NCBI GenBank assembly: GCA_016870095.1
Contig: VGCI01000006.1
Span: 7,349 to 71,348 of the forward strand
Direction of reading: 5' to 3'
DNA length: 64,000 nt
Origin: Alphaproteobacteria bacterium
GTDB taxonomy: Bacteria > Pseudomonadota > Alphaproteobacteria > Paracaedibacterales > VGCI01
Both the position numbers and the translations under genes were made by a program. The notes beneath the pieces were generated by a model that saw only the letters and a list, made by a program, of their open reading frames with translations, made no database searches and was not told the DNA's origin. Shown in pieces: positions 33,150-42,121 of this stretch. Position 1 is the first letter of the stretch. Each line of letters begins with the position of its first letter.

Positions 33150-33395
33150 ATGCAATTATCTTTAATTTCTCCTGATGGAATTATTTACTCGGGTGACGTG
33201 GAAATGATTGTGGTTCCCGGCGCTAAAGGAGATTTTGGAGTTTTGCATCGGCATGCTCCTTTTATGACAATGCTGCGCCCTGGTCCGATAACGCTGTATC
33301 AAGATGGTCAAAAAGCTCAGGTTTTTAATATTTCCGGGGGGTTTTGTGAAGTGACCCCTGAGAACTGTGTGATCCTGATCGATTCGGTTCAGTAA
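33150..33395 (+). CDS. atpC: F0F1 ATP synthase subunit epsilon, N-terminal beta-sandwich domain only
   Basis: The 81-aa product aligns by eye to the epsilon N-domain (…GVLHRHAPFMTMLRPGPI…SGGFCEVTPENCVILIDSV) and stops where the C-terminal helical hairpin would begin. Confidence 0.85.
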   Translation: MQLSLISPDGIIYSGDVEMIVVPGAKGDFGVLHRHAPFMTMLRPGPITLYQDGQKAQVFNISGGFCEVTPENCVILIDSVQ

Positions 33396-33396
33396 C

Positions 33397-33711
33397 GTGG
33401 AAGATAAAACTTTATTTGTTGTTATTCTTCGGTATCTTGTCCCTATTGAGACCATTCTTGCGCAAAGGGGGGAGCACTTAGATTTTCTTGATAAATATTA
33501 TAAAGAAGGAATTTTTCAGGCTTCTGGCCCCCAAATTCCTCGATATGGAGGAGTGATTTTAGCCTCGGCACCAAATCGAGATGACCTCACTAAAATCTTA
33601 GAAGAAGATCCCTTTTACAAATATAAGTCGGCAGAGTACCAAGTCATTGAATTTGCGATCAATAAACAGTCTGATGCTTTTGCTCAATTTCTGAAAAATA
33701 TCCTAAAATAG
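33397..33711 (+). CDS. YciI-like protein
   Basis: LFVVILRY…RGEHLDFLDKYYKEGIFQASGP…GGVILA…DPFY matches the YciI family pattern. Its GTG start lies 1 nt after the atpC stop. Confidence 0.65.
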   Translation: MEDKTLFVVILRYLVPIETILAQRGEHLDFLDKYYKEGIFQASGPQIPRYGGVILASAPNRDDLTKILEEDPFYKYKSAEYQVIEFAINKQSDAFAQFLKNILK

Positions 33712-33713
33712 CG

Positions 33714-34421
33714 TTAGAATTTATAAATCAACGAAACCGTAAATTGATGAATTCTCGGCAAAATTTTACCCGTAAAGACTGTATTGGGAACATCAGTTTC
33801 TTGAGAAATATTCTTGGATTGAAAGTTGTTATAGATTCTGTAGGTATAATCAACTCTTGTTGCAAGAGAGTCCGTTAGCTTGAATTGCATGCCGACACCA
33901 GGCGCATAGCCAAAGAGCCATTTGTTTTCTTGGCCACTGGTACCCGGTGACTTTGAATTGACATACTTAATTCTAAATTGACTGACAAAAAAATCAAACT
34001 TTAAAAAGACATCTATAGTTTTTGTGAGATCTTTTCCAAAAAGAAAGCTCATACCATTAGAATATTTTTGACTGACCTCAAAATCAGCAATTCCGAAGGG
34101 TAAATTAACACCAATATTGGGATCATAGAATGAATTGCCTTTTCTTTTGATATGATATTGGTGGAGAGTGGTAAACAATTCACTTGAAAAGAAAAAGTTG
34201 GGTTGTTGATTGCGTGTACCCAAAATGAGAGATTCATTCCAGCCTGTTGTATCCATATTTAATATCAGGCTATTCTCTCCAATATTATTTTTTAGATATG
34301 CTTTAAATGTATTTTGCGATTTCGAAAGACCAAAACCGATTCCCACGTAAGGATTCCAGGAGGCTTGACTATAAGTTGATAAAGCAAAAAATGTAAATAA
34401 TAACTTCAAATTTATTTTCAT
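33714..34421 (-). CDS. outer-membrane beta-barrel protein (OMP_b-brl family)
   Basis: Signal peptide MKINLKLLFTFFALSTYSQA, alternating beta-strand pattern and a terminal aromatic residue (…SLIYKF). It looks like a paralogue-type of the 9084-9797 protein. Confidence 0.7.
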   Translation of the reverse strand: MKINLKLLFTFFALSTYSQASWNPYVGIGFGLSKSQNTFKAYLKNNIGENSLILNMDTTGWNESLILGTRNQQPNFFFSSELFTTLHQYHIKRKGNSFYDPNIGVNLPFGIADFEVSQKYSNGMSFLFGKDLTKTIDVFLKFDFFVSQFRIKYVNSKSPGTSGQENKWLFGYAPGVGMQFKLTDSLATRVDYTYRIYNNFQSKNISQETDVPNTVFTGKILPRIHQFTVSLIYKF

Positions 34422-34472
34422 AAAAGTTCTTCATTTCGTTTAATGTGGACAAAATTATATTTTTTCTATTAT

Positions 34473-34495
34473 TTTGCATCATTTTAAGATGCAAA
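34473..34495. promoter_or_regulatory. 23-bp palindrome upstream of the OMP gene (possible operator)
   Basis: TTTGCATC-attttaa-GATGCAAA has perfect 8-bp arms and lies 52-74 nt upstream of the start codon at 34421. Confidence 0.3.
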
Positions 34496-34972
34496 GAATC
34501 GGTCAATTTAGTTTAGAAAATGTATATATTATTATGAAGCCTCAAGATTGAGACCTTTTTAAACAAGCAATATCATGAAGGGGGTAAAAGTTACAACCGA
34601 TGAGTTGGGTGGCCAAGACAAAAATTGTGGTTATGATTTATCTCTTTTATTAAATGTAGCGAATAACATAAGCTAAAGAAATGGATTTTGGCCTATGTAA
34701 AAATTTTTATATGCGTCTTTTAGCCGCACAACTTTGTGGGTAGTGCTGATTTGCGGATAAAGTAATTTGCAGTTTTATTCTAAGAAGTTATGTATAATTT
34801 TTTACCTGCAAGAAATAACCTAGATGTGATACAAATTTTTTAGTCCCACACGTGGGTAAATTTCAAAATATAATCTTTGTAAAATCTTTAATAAATTCCT
34901 ATGAAATTATTGGGTTTTTAAAAGACGTATATAAACAAAAATTTTAAATTCCAAGCTTAAAAAAATACATTA

Positions 34973-36688
34973 ATGGAAAGTTTTGCCATGTTTTATAAAG
35001 CCTCGCTCTCTCTTATTTTTCTCTTTACTGTTTCAGGCAAATATTGTTCGGCAACAACTCTGGAAATGATAGAAGCCCTTGCTAAGGCCAAGGGTGTTGA
35101 GTTTACTCCTAAAAAAACAGCTAGAATAAGAATACAACAAGGGGGCTTAGGAGTTATAAATGAAATTTTAGTTGAGCAAGCTCAACAGAAAGAAAAACTA
35201 AGAGAAGAAGGAATTGCTCGAAAATTAGCTTTTGTACAAGAAGAGGAAGCAAATAAACGGGCTGTAGAGAGAGCCAAAGCCGAATTAGAAATAGATCAAC
35301 TTAAACAACATGAAGTAATAAAGCGAGATCAAGAAAGACAGGCTCATCAAAAACTAGTTGAAGATTTGGAGCGAACCTGGACAGAAAAGCTTCAGGCACA
35401 AAAATTTTTAATGGAGCAGGCCATCTCCGATGCAAAATCGCTTTCTGGGGAAAATGGAGAAGCCGCTAGAGAAATAGTTGTTGAGGAGGGTGTCGCAGAA
35501 CTTCAAGCCAGATTACAAGAAATGGAGCAGGAAAAAAATGACCTATTGAATGCTCTGGGAACATTAAAAGGGGGCCAAGTCCTTTTACCCACAAAGGGAA
35601 CAGAATTCATTGTATATGGAGCGCCATACTTTCATACGCATAATCTCAAAGAACCCAATATATCCCTAGATGAAACTTTGAATCAAAAACTTAATTCTAT
35701 TAAAGAGTGTGTTCAGACACTCTTAGATGAAATGGAGAAAAATGCAAAGCTCAAAGCTGTTCAACGGATGCTGACAAAACGACAACTGGAGAGATTGAAG
35801 GCAGGGGCTGAAGAATTTGATGCTGGCAATTTTTTAAGAACATTTAATGAAGTTAAAGGCCAGTTACCTACAATGACAGATAGCCCGGCATTTCAAACAA
35901 TTGAGGTCGCCACAAAATGGATCGAAAAAAACCGCAAAGCCTTATCTAAAGTTGGAGAACACAGACTTTATGTTCAACGTCAGCACGAGGCCGCTCAACT
36001 TGTCCAAGATAAAATGCAAGAATTCGAGGAATTCTATGAAGATTATTTGGATAGAGTGGTTGCAGATATGTGTAAATGGCTTTCTCCAACGGCAACTGAT
36101 GGGGAAGCTATAAAAGATTTAAAACGTGAGTTTAAATTAAAAATTCAGAAAGATAGCATACCGGAGCTGAAAAAATATCTCAGTGGATCAATTCCTATCT
36201 TTGGAACTACGGATTCTTTTTTGATGCAGATGTTTGTCAAATGTGGGCAAGGAAAAGAGTTTGGGAATTTTAAAGAAGTGCTTCTGGCTTATTCTGCACT
36301 CTTTAATGAATATGGCGAAATGAGTAAACTTGTTGAAGAATTATTAAATTATCAATTTTTCCAAAAACGCTACCAATCCTTGCGTAAAACTCTTGCAACT
36401 TTAGATTTAAGCCAAATTGCAGATAAAGCGATTCGAGAAATTTTAATAGTAATGAGAGACGAAGATGTGTTGGTTTACTCAGAGACAAAAACATCAATTT
36501 TTGCCGCTGCGATTCCAGGGGCTCTAAAAGAATACATTGGCAAATTCGCTATTGCTCCGGGTGAAAATTTAATAGTCAGTACCGTTGAAAAAATATTGAT
36601 TGCTTATTTGCAGATTGATGCTTTTTCAAATAGTTTGAGAGCTGCAAATCCTAAGGTTATTGATTTCCATATCAAAGAGAAAAAATAA
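34973..36688 (+). CDS. hypothetical secreted coiled-coil protein
   Basis: A 571-aa ORF with N-terminal hydrophobic segment SLSLIFLFTVSGKYCSA. Residues about 60-200 are E/K/Q-rich and heptad-like (KEKLREEGIARKLAFVQEEEANKRAVERAKAELEIDQLKQ…). No recognised catalytic motif. Confidence 0.6.
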   Translation: MESFAMFYKASLSLIFLFTVSGKYCSATTLEMIEALAKAKGVEFTPKKTARIRIQQGGLGVINEILVEQAQQKEKLREEGIARKLAFVQEEEANKRAVERAKAELEIDQLKQHEVIKRDQERQAHQKLVEDLERTWTEKLQAQKFLMEQAISDAKSLSGENGEAAREIVVEEGVAELQARLQEMEQEKNDLLNALGTLKGGQVLLPTKGTEFIVYGAPYFHTHNLKEPNISLDETLNQKLNSIKECVQTLLDEMEKNAKLKAVQRMLTKRQLERLKAGAEEFDAGNFLRTFNEVKGQLPTMTDSPAFQTIEVATKWIEKNRKALSKVGEHRLYVQRQHEAAQLVQDKMQEFEEFYEDYLDRVVADMCKWLSPTATDGEAIKDLKREFKLKIQKDSIPELKKYLSGSIPIFGTTDSFLMQMFVKCGQGKEFGNFKEVLLAYSALFNEYGEMSKLVEELLNYQFFQKRYQSLRKTLATLDLSQIADKAIREILIVMRDEDVLVYSETKTSIFAAAIPGALKEYIGKFAIAPGENLIVSTVEKILIAYLQIDAFSNSLRAANPKVIDFHIKEKK

Positions 36689-36753
36689 TTTCTCAGCATC
36701 TCTTGGGTTGACGGCAGGTAATCGCTAATGTCACTCTTTATAGAAACAAGAGT

Positions 36754-37674
36754 GTGCTCACTTTGCCTACAGTAATGCGAGAAATATTTATGAATTTACA
36801 AGCCATTAGTTCTTTACTTCCTTATTTCACTTTAGGTTTGTTTATCGTGGGTTTGTTTTTGACACGATCTCGCATCATCCTCGCTCCCCTCTTTGCGGCG
36901 CAACTTGTCTTTGCCTTTATCCAAGGAGTTATTAATCCCTTAGGACTTTTCGCTATCGTTGCGTTTTGGGGATTATGCACTCTTCATTGGCGGCATTTGT
37001 CTACCAAAGAGTGGTACAATCTGATACGCATATTCGCTTTAAGTCTTGTTGCCATTGCCTTTGCCAGTCATATGGTTCCTGGATTTCATAATTTACGCTT
37101 TTTCACGGGAATTTTAATTTCGCCATCTGCTGCGCCTTTCACAATGTATTTAAATTTTGACAAAACCATTGCTGCGGTTGTGTTGGTAATGGCTAGTGGT
37201 CTATTTGTCCGGCAGGCAAATCCGTTTGGCATGAAAACCTTACGCAATACGGTCCTCATTTCTGCCTTATGCATTGCTGTCCTTATCCCGCTAACTATTT
37301 TGAGTGGGTATGTGCAGTTTGATCCAAAGTTTCCAGAAGTTTTTTGGTTCTGGGCCTTTAATAATCTTTATTTTGTGTGTTTTGCGGAAGAAGTTATTTT
37401 TCGAGGTATGATCCAAAGTCATCTGATGACTTTGGCCCATCGTTGGAAACTATCTCCTTTTATACCTATTGTTATTTCCGCAATTCTTTTTGCCGTGGCC
37501 TTACCCGGTCATCGACAAGGGGGGGTAGATTTCATGGCATTTACTGTCGTAGCTGGCTTATTTTATGGGTACGCCTATCATCGCACGCGGCGTTTAGAAT
37601 CCGCTATCTTGGTGCATTTCATAGTGAACGTAACTCATTTTCTGTTTTTTACATACCCTATGTTGGCGCGATAA
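36754..37674 (+). CDS. CPBP family intramembrane glutamic endopeptidase (CAAX protease/Abi family)
   Basis: Polytopic protein with motif 1 FAEEVIFRG (EExxxR), motif 2 ILFAVALPGH and motif 3 LVHFIVNVTH. The start is ambiguous (GTG 36754, ATG 36775 or 36790). Confidence 0.8.
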   Translation: MLTLPTVMREIFMNLQAISSLLPYFTLGLFIVGLFLTRSRIILAPLFAAQLVFAFIQGVINPLGLFAIVAFWGLCTLHWRHLSTKEWYNLIRIFALSLVAIAFASHMVPGFHNLRFFTGILISPSAAPFTMYLNFDKTIAAVVLVMASGLFVRQANPFGMKTLRNTVLISALCIAVLIPLTILSGYVQFDPKFPEVFWFWAFNNLYFVCFAEEVIFRGMIQSHLMTLAHRWKLSPFIPIVISAILFAVALPGHRQGGVDFMAFTVVAGLFYGYAYHRTRRLESAILVHFIVNVTHFLFFTYPMLAR

Positions 37675-37775
37675 AATAACGAACTATAAATTTTAAAAAT
37701 TCTTAATTTTCATTCCCTTCGCCATTAATTTATGTCATTTAGATATTTTAGATACGGTCATAGGAGTCACTAAAA

Positions 37776-38474
37776 ATGATCACACAAGCCATGGTATTAG
37801 CTGCAGGTGAAGGGCGTCGATTACGCCCCCTAACGGAACATATCCCAAAACCCCTGATTCCGGTTGGAGGAAAAGCAATGTTAGATCATGCGTTGGATCA
37901 ATTGTCCGCAATTGGTGTGACACGTTGTGTGGTCAATACTCATTATTTGGCGGATCAAATTCATACCCATCTTGGGGGAAGAGGATCACCGGAAATTACA
38001 ATCTCTCATGAACCTGAACTTTTAGATACAGGGGGGGGTATTGCAAAAGCATTGGCGCATTTTCAAGGAGAGCCCTTTTATGTTTTGAATGCAGACATTT
38101 GGTGGGTTGATGGTCATCAGTCGTGCTTAAAACAGCTTGCCAAAGTATGGGATTCAGAAAAAATGGATGCGTTGTTGCTTTTGGTTCCTCTTGACAATGC
38201 CATTGGGTTTGAGGGCGTGGGAGATTATTTCTTGAAGTCAGATGGGCGTGTCCAATATCGAGGAGAAAAGCTCGTAGCACCTTATATATTTTCTGGGATT
38301 CGTATCCTTCATCCTCACCTTCTAGAGAATGAAAAAATTCACCCTTTTTCGATTATGCCCTTTTTTCACAAAGCCGAAAGAGAGGGACGTCTTTATGGTG
38401 CAGTATTTGACGGGGATTGGGGAGATATGGGGACACTGGAAAGTTTAAAGGAAATTCAAGAGGTTGTTGGATGA
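37776..38474 (+). CDS. sugar-phosphate nucleotidyltransferase (MurU-like)
   Basis: MVLAAGEGRRLRPLTEHIPKPLIPVGG is a nucleotidyltransferase G-loop. It sits immediately upstream of addB with an ATGA overlap, the usual alphaproteobacterial position of murU. Confidence 0.72.
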   Translation: MITQAMVLAAGEGRRLRPLTEHIPKPLIPVGGKAMLDHALDQLSAIGVTRCVVNTHYLADQIHTHLGGRGSPEITISHEPELLDTGGGIAKALAHFQGEPFYVLNADIWWVDGHQSCLKQLAKVWDSEKMDALLLLVPLDNAIGFEGVGDYFLKSDGRVQYRGEKLVAPYIFSGIRILHPHLLENEKIHPFSIMPFFHKAEREGRLYGAVFDGDWGDMGTLESLKEIQEVVG

Positions 38475-41317
38475 TCTCTTCTCCCGAACGTCCGCTGAAA
38501 GGCCTCTGTGCAGTTCCTCTTGGCGTTCCTTTTTTACCAACTTTAGTTGAGAAACTGATAGGTGAAACAGCCTCTGACCCCTTAAGTTTAGGACGCTATT
38601 TAGTCATTCTTCCCACCCGCCGTGGGTGCTTAATGCTTCAAGAAGCTTTCCTGAAAGCAACGCGGAAGGGTTGTCGAATTCTCCCTCGAATTATGGCTCT
38701 GGCGGATATCGAGGAAGGAGCAGAGCTACCCGGATATAGCCCCCTTACTCTTTTGCCGTTGGCAATGCCTTCCTCGCAGAGATTGGGCTTGATGAGTCAA
38801 CTGGTGTTGGCCTTTGAACGGCAAAAAGAAGGAGGGCATCAAAACCCAGCGGGGGCCGTACGTTTGGCTCAGGAACTCATGCATTTAGTAGACGAAGTTG
38901 AAACGACCGGTTTAAATTTGAGCGATCTAAAAACGTTGGTGGGTGCGGATTATGCTGTTCATTGGCAATTAACACTGGATTTTTTAAAAATCCTGACAGA
39001 TTTATGGCCCCCCATTCTAGACCAGGCGGGTTACATAGAACCAGCAACGCGAAAACGTCTTATTTTAGAGCAAGTAGCGACTCATTGGAGTCCCCATTAT
39101 CCTGTTATTTTAGCTGGGACAACGGCCACACGCCCTGCAACGGCACAATTGGCGAAAGCTATTCTGAATTTTAACAATGGTTGCGTTGTTTTAGCAGGTG
39201 TTGATCGCTCTCTTGTGTCAATAAATGAGGAGGCGTTACCTCTGACACACCCTCAATATACTCTTCATCAATTCATGACTTATTTGCAATCTCCTGTTAT
39301 GTGGTTAGAGGGGGCTGCGCCAGTCTCTGCAAGATCAGTGGTCTTGTCTATGGCAATGTCCGCAAATCCGCAAGAAGAATGGCGCATTTCCCCAAAGATG
39401 GCTGAAGAGACATTATCTTCTCTACAAGGCATTGAGGCCCCTTCTGTTTTGGAAGAAGCTCGCCAAATTGCACTGATTATGCGCTATGAATTAGAACAAC
39501 CAGAACAAGTAATTGCTCTGGTAACACCGGATGGAGAGTTAGCACGTCGGGTTCGAGCAGCGTTAGGGCGGTGGGGATTGCACGCAAATCTATCCAGTGG
39601 GCTACCCTTTACTCAATCAGTCGTCGGGCGTTTTTTGGCCTTAACGAGTCTACTGGCGCAGGACTTTGGTGCGGCGGATCTGTTGGCGCTTCTTAAACAT
39701 CCTCTCTATGCGAAAGGGCGCGATCGAGTATCACATTTAATAGAAACTCGTCGTTTTGAGATGGCTTCGTTGCGAGGCACTCACCTATTAGAGATGGAAA
39801 AATTACCTTTTCCCGGGTATGAATTATGCATTCCGTTATTAGCTTTAAATGATGGTCAAACTCATTCTTTTGCCGATTTCTTAAAGGCACATAAAGCGAT
39901 TGCTGAAGCTTTAGTGGGGGCAGAAGATTCAAAGTCGTCTTTTCTTTGGGCGGAAGAAGATGGTCAAGTTGCTTCAGACTTCTTTGAAGATTTACTCGAA
40001 CATGCCCATTGCTACCCCTCACTTATGGGAAAGGATTATTCACTTTTTTTGCGCAATCTGATGGCCCAGGAAGTGGTTAGAGATCGTGAAGGGATTGGGT
40101 CGCGAATTTTGATTTTGGGGGCGTTGGAAGCGCGTTTATTACACGCTGACGTGGTAATTTTAGGGGGATTGAATGAAGGGTCCTGGCCTGGAGTTATTGA
40201 GGATGATCCCTGGCTTAGTCGTTCCATGAGAGAATCCTTCGGATTGCCTCCAACGGAACGTAAAGTAGGATTATCCGCCCATGATTTTTGTACAGGGATG
40301 ACGGCACAAAAAGTGTATATGACTCGTTCTCTTAAGAGAGCGGGCGCTCCCACGCTCCCCAGTCGTTGGTGGCAACGTCTTTCTGCATTATTGGCTACAG
40401 GTGGGGGAGAGCTGAAATCAACTCAACCTTGGTTAACTTGGTCGACGCTTCTTGATCAACCCCAAGAGCACATTAAGTTTGCTCCTCCGGCACCTTGCCC
40501 CCCGCTTTCTGCTCGACCACGTCGCTTGTCTGTGACAGAAGTGGGAACGCTTCTTCAGGATCCCTATAGTATTTACGCAAAGAAGATTTTGAATATTAGA
40601 CCCCTGGATCCTCTGGATGCAGATTTATCTTTGGCAGAACGGGGACAAGCCATTCATCAGGCTTTGGATGCTTTTGTGAGGTCGGGTGTAAATCCGGCTT
40701 CTTCAGAAGCTATTACAGTTCTTGAAACTATGGGAAGAGAAGCTTTTGGAAACCTACTTATGGATCCCAGAGCGATGGCATTTTGGTGGCCGCGGTTTCA
40801 ACGAGTAAGTGTATGGTTTTTAAGTCAGATGGTCAAAGATCAATCGCATATTTACCAGATTAAAACAGAAGTTGAAGGAGCCATAGAAATTCCAACGGCC
40901 AGAGGTCCGATTGTGCTGACCTCAAAAGCTGATCGAATTGATATTATGACAACGAAGCAAGCCTGTATCATTGATTATAAGACGGGCAGTGTGCCCTCTA
41001 GAAATTTTGTGCTACGAGGTTTGGCTCCTCAATTGTCTCTTGAGGGCGTGATTTTGAAGGTTGGAGGTTTTTCAGATTTGCCGGCTCTTGAGGTTGAAAA
41101 TTTATGTTATTGGCGTGTAACGGGGGGAACTCCTGTGGGGGAGATCATTTCGTTTGATGATGCATCGACATTAATATCTTCGGCTGAGCACGGGGTGCGG
41201 CGATTGTTTGAAATTTTCTTAAGTAAAGAAATACCATTTCATGCCTGCCCTGATCCTCTCCTCATTCCTGTCTATCACGATTATGCGCATCTAGAACGTA
41301 TTAAAGAGTGGGGATAA
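38471..41317 (+). CDS. addB: double-strand break repair protein AddB (alphaproteobacterial type)
   Basis: N-terminus VPLGVPFLPTLVEKL…YLVILPTRRGCLMLQEAF and a C-terminal PD-(D/E)xK-like region IDIMTTKQACIIDYKTG. The ATG at 38471 overlaps the upstream stop, so the track start at 38417 is rejected. Confidence 0.9.
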   Translation: MISSPERPLKGLCAVPLGVPFLPTLVEKLIGETASDPLSLGRYLVILPTRRGCLMLQEAFLKATRKGCRILPRIMALADIEEGAELPGYSPLTLLPLAMPSSQRLGLMSQLVLAFERQKEGGHQNPAGAVRLAQELMHLVDEVETTGLNLSDLKTLVGADYAVHWQLTLDFLKILTDLWPPILDQAGYIEPATRKRLILEQVATHWSPHYPVILAGTTATRPATAQLAKAILNFNNGCVVLAGVDRSLVSINEEALPLTHPQYTLHQFMTYLQSPVMWLEGAAPVSARSVVLSMAMSANPQEEWRISPKMAEETLSSLQGIEAPSVLEEARQIALIMRYELEQPEQVIALVTPDGELARRVRAALGRWGLHANLSSGLPFTQSVVGRFLALTSLLAQDFGAADLLALLKHPLYAKGRDRVSHLIETRRFEMASLRGTHLLEMEKLPFPGYELCIPLLALNDGQTHSFADFLKAHKAIAEALVGAEDSKSSFLWAEEDGQVASDFFEDLLEHAHCYPSLMGKDYSLFLRNLMAQEVVRDREGIGSRILILGALEARLLHADVVILGGLNEGSWPGVIEDDPWLSRSMRESFGLPPTERKVGLSAHDFCTGMTAQKVYMTRSLKRAGAPTLPSRWWQRLSALLATGGGELKSTQPWLTWSTLLDQPQEHIKFAPPAPCPPLSARPRRLSVTEVGTLLQDPYSIYAKKILNIRPLDPLDADLSLAERGQAIHQALDAFVRSGVNPASSEAITVLETMGREAFGNLLMDPRAMAFWWPRFQRVSVWFLSQMVKDQSHIYQIKTEVEGAIEIPTARGPIVLTSKADRIDIMTTKQACIIDYKTGSVPSRNFVLRGLAPQLSLEGVILKVGGFSDLPALEVENLCYWRVTGGTPVGEIISFDDASTLISSAEHGVRRLFEIFLSKEIPFHACPDPLLIPVYHDYAHLERIKEWG

Positions 41318-41378
41318 AAATAATTTTGCGTTTTCCCGCAGGGTCTTGCTGGTCTTATAAAGCGCCAAAAGAATGAAT

Positions 41379-41813
41379 TTACTGACTCAAATGTGAAATT
41401 CTAAATTCCAACAAATCAATGTTCTCAGAATATCCAGTTTTAAAATGGGCGCGATAAAAACATCGAGTTATATTTCCAACTCTTTCTGATTTTCTATACT
41501 CAATTTGTGCTATCCACGGTTTCTTTTTGCCCTGGATTCCAGACATAATAATTTCCTCTCGATACTCCGGGGTGATGAACCAAGGTATTCCGTTTATGGG
41601 AACAATAAGTCTGGTTTGTGTTTTATCAAATTTAGCATGACTTAAGTTATCTATAAAACCCTTTACAGTTTCAGGTGTTGAAAAAATTGGGGGAGTAATA
41701 GGATTCGCTTTCTCCAAATCCGTTTCAGATGCGAATAAAGGAGAAAGGACTAACAGTTGAGTTAGTAAAAATAATATAAATGTGAGTTTAGGGTTCAAAA
41801 AATTTGATAACAT
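41379..41813 (-). CDS. hypothetical secreted protein
   Basis: A 144-aa ORF with signal peptide LTFILFLLTQLLVLSPLFA. No recognised domain. Confidence 0.5.
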   Translation of the reverse strand: MLSNFLNPKLTFILFLLTQLLVLSPLFASETDLEKANPITPPIFSTPETVKGFIDNLSHAKFDKTQTRLIVPINGIPWFITPEYREEIIMSGIQGKKKPWIAQIEYRKSERVGNITRCFYRAHFKTGYSENIDLLEFRISHLSQ

Positions 41814-42121
41814 TTCCTATAAGACCATTTGAATTTATTATTGCTTATCATAAAGGAGTACCTTTGAAGACATATATTTCACAAACAACATTATTATTCA
41901 TAATGATGGATTTTTTAAATATCAATAATAATAATTTTTTTGAATTCGTTATGGCCAATTTAATAACAAAAAACGACAAATATTTAAGGTTTAAGCGGTC
42001 AAGTTTAAATTATTATAAATTTTAAAAAATTCTTTTTAACACTTTATTAGGCTTTGTTTTGTTAAATTTAAGGCAGTCCCATTGCAACTCACAAGTCGGT
42101 ATAGGAGTGAAAATATTCATC

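Noticed and set aside
38417-38470. The upstream start for addB at 38417, and similarly 42059 for the diguanylate cyclase, 51617 for tolC, 56734 for mreC, 9854 for the OMP and 23787 for recF.
   Set aside because: These are longest-ORF artefacts. The internal ATGs have SD sequences, stop/start overlaps or family-typical N-termini.
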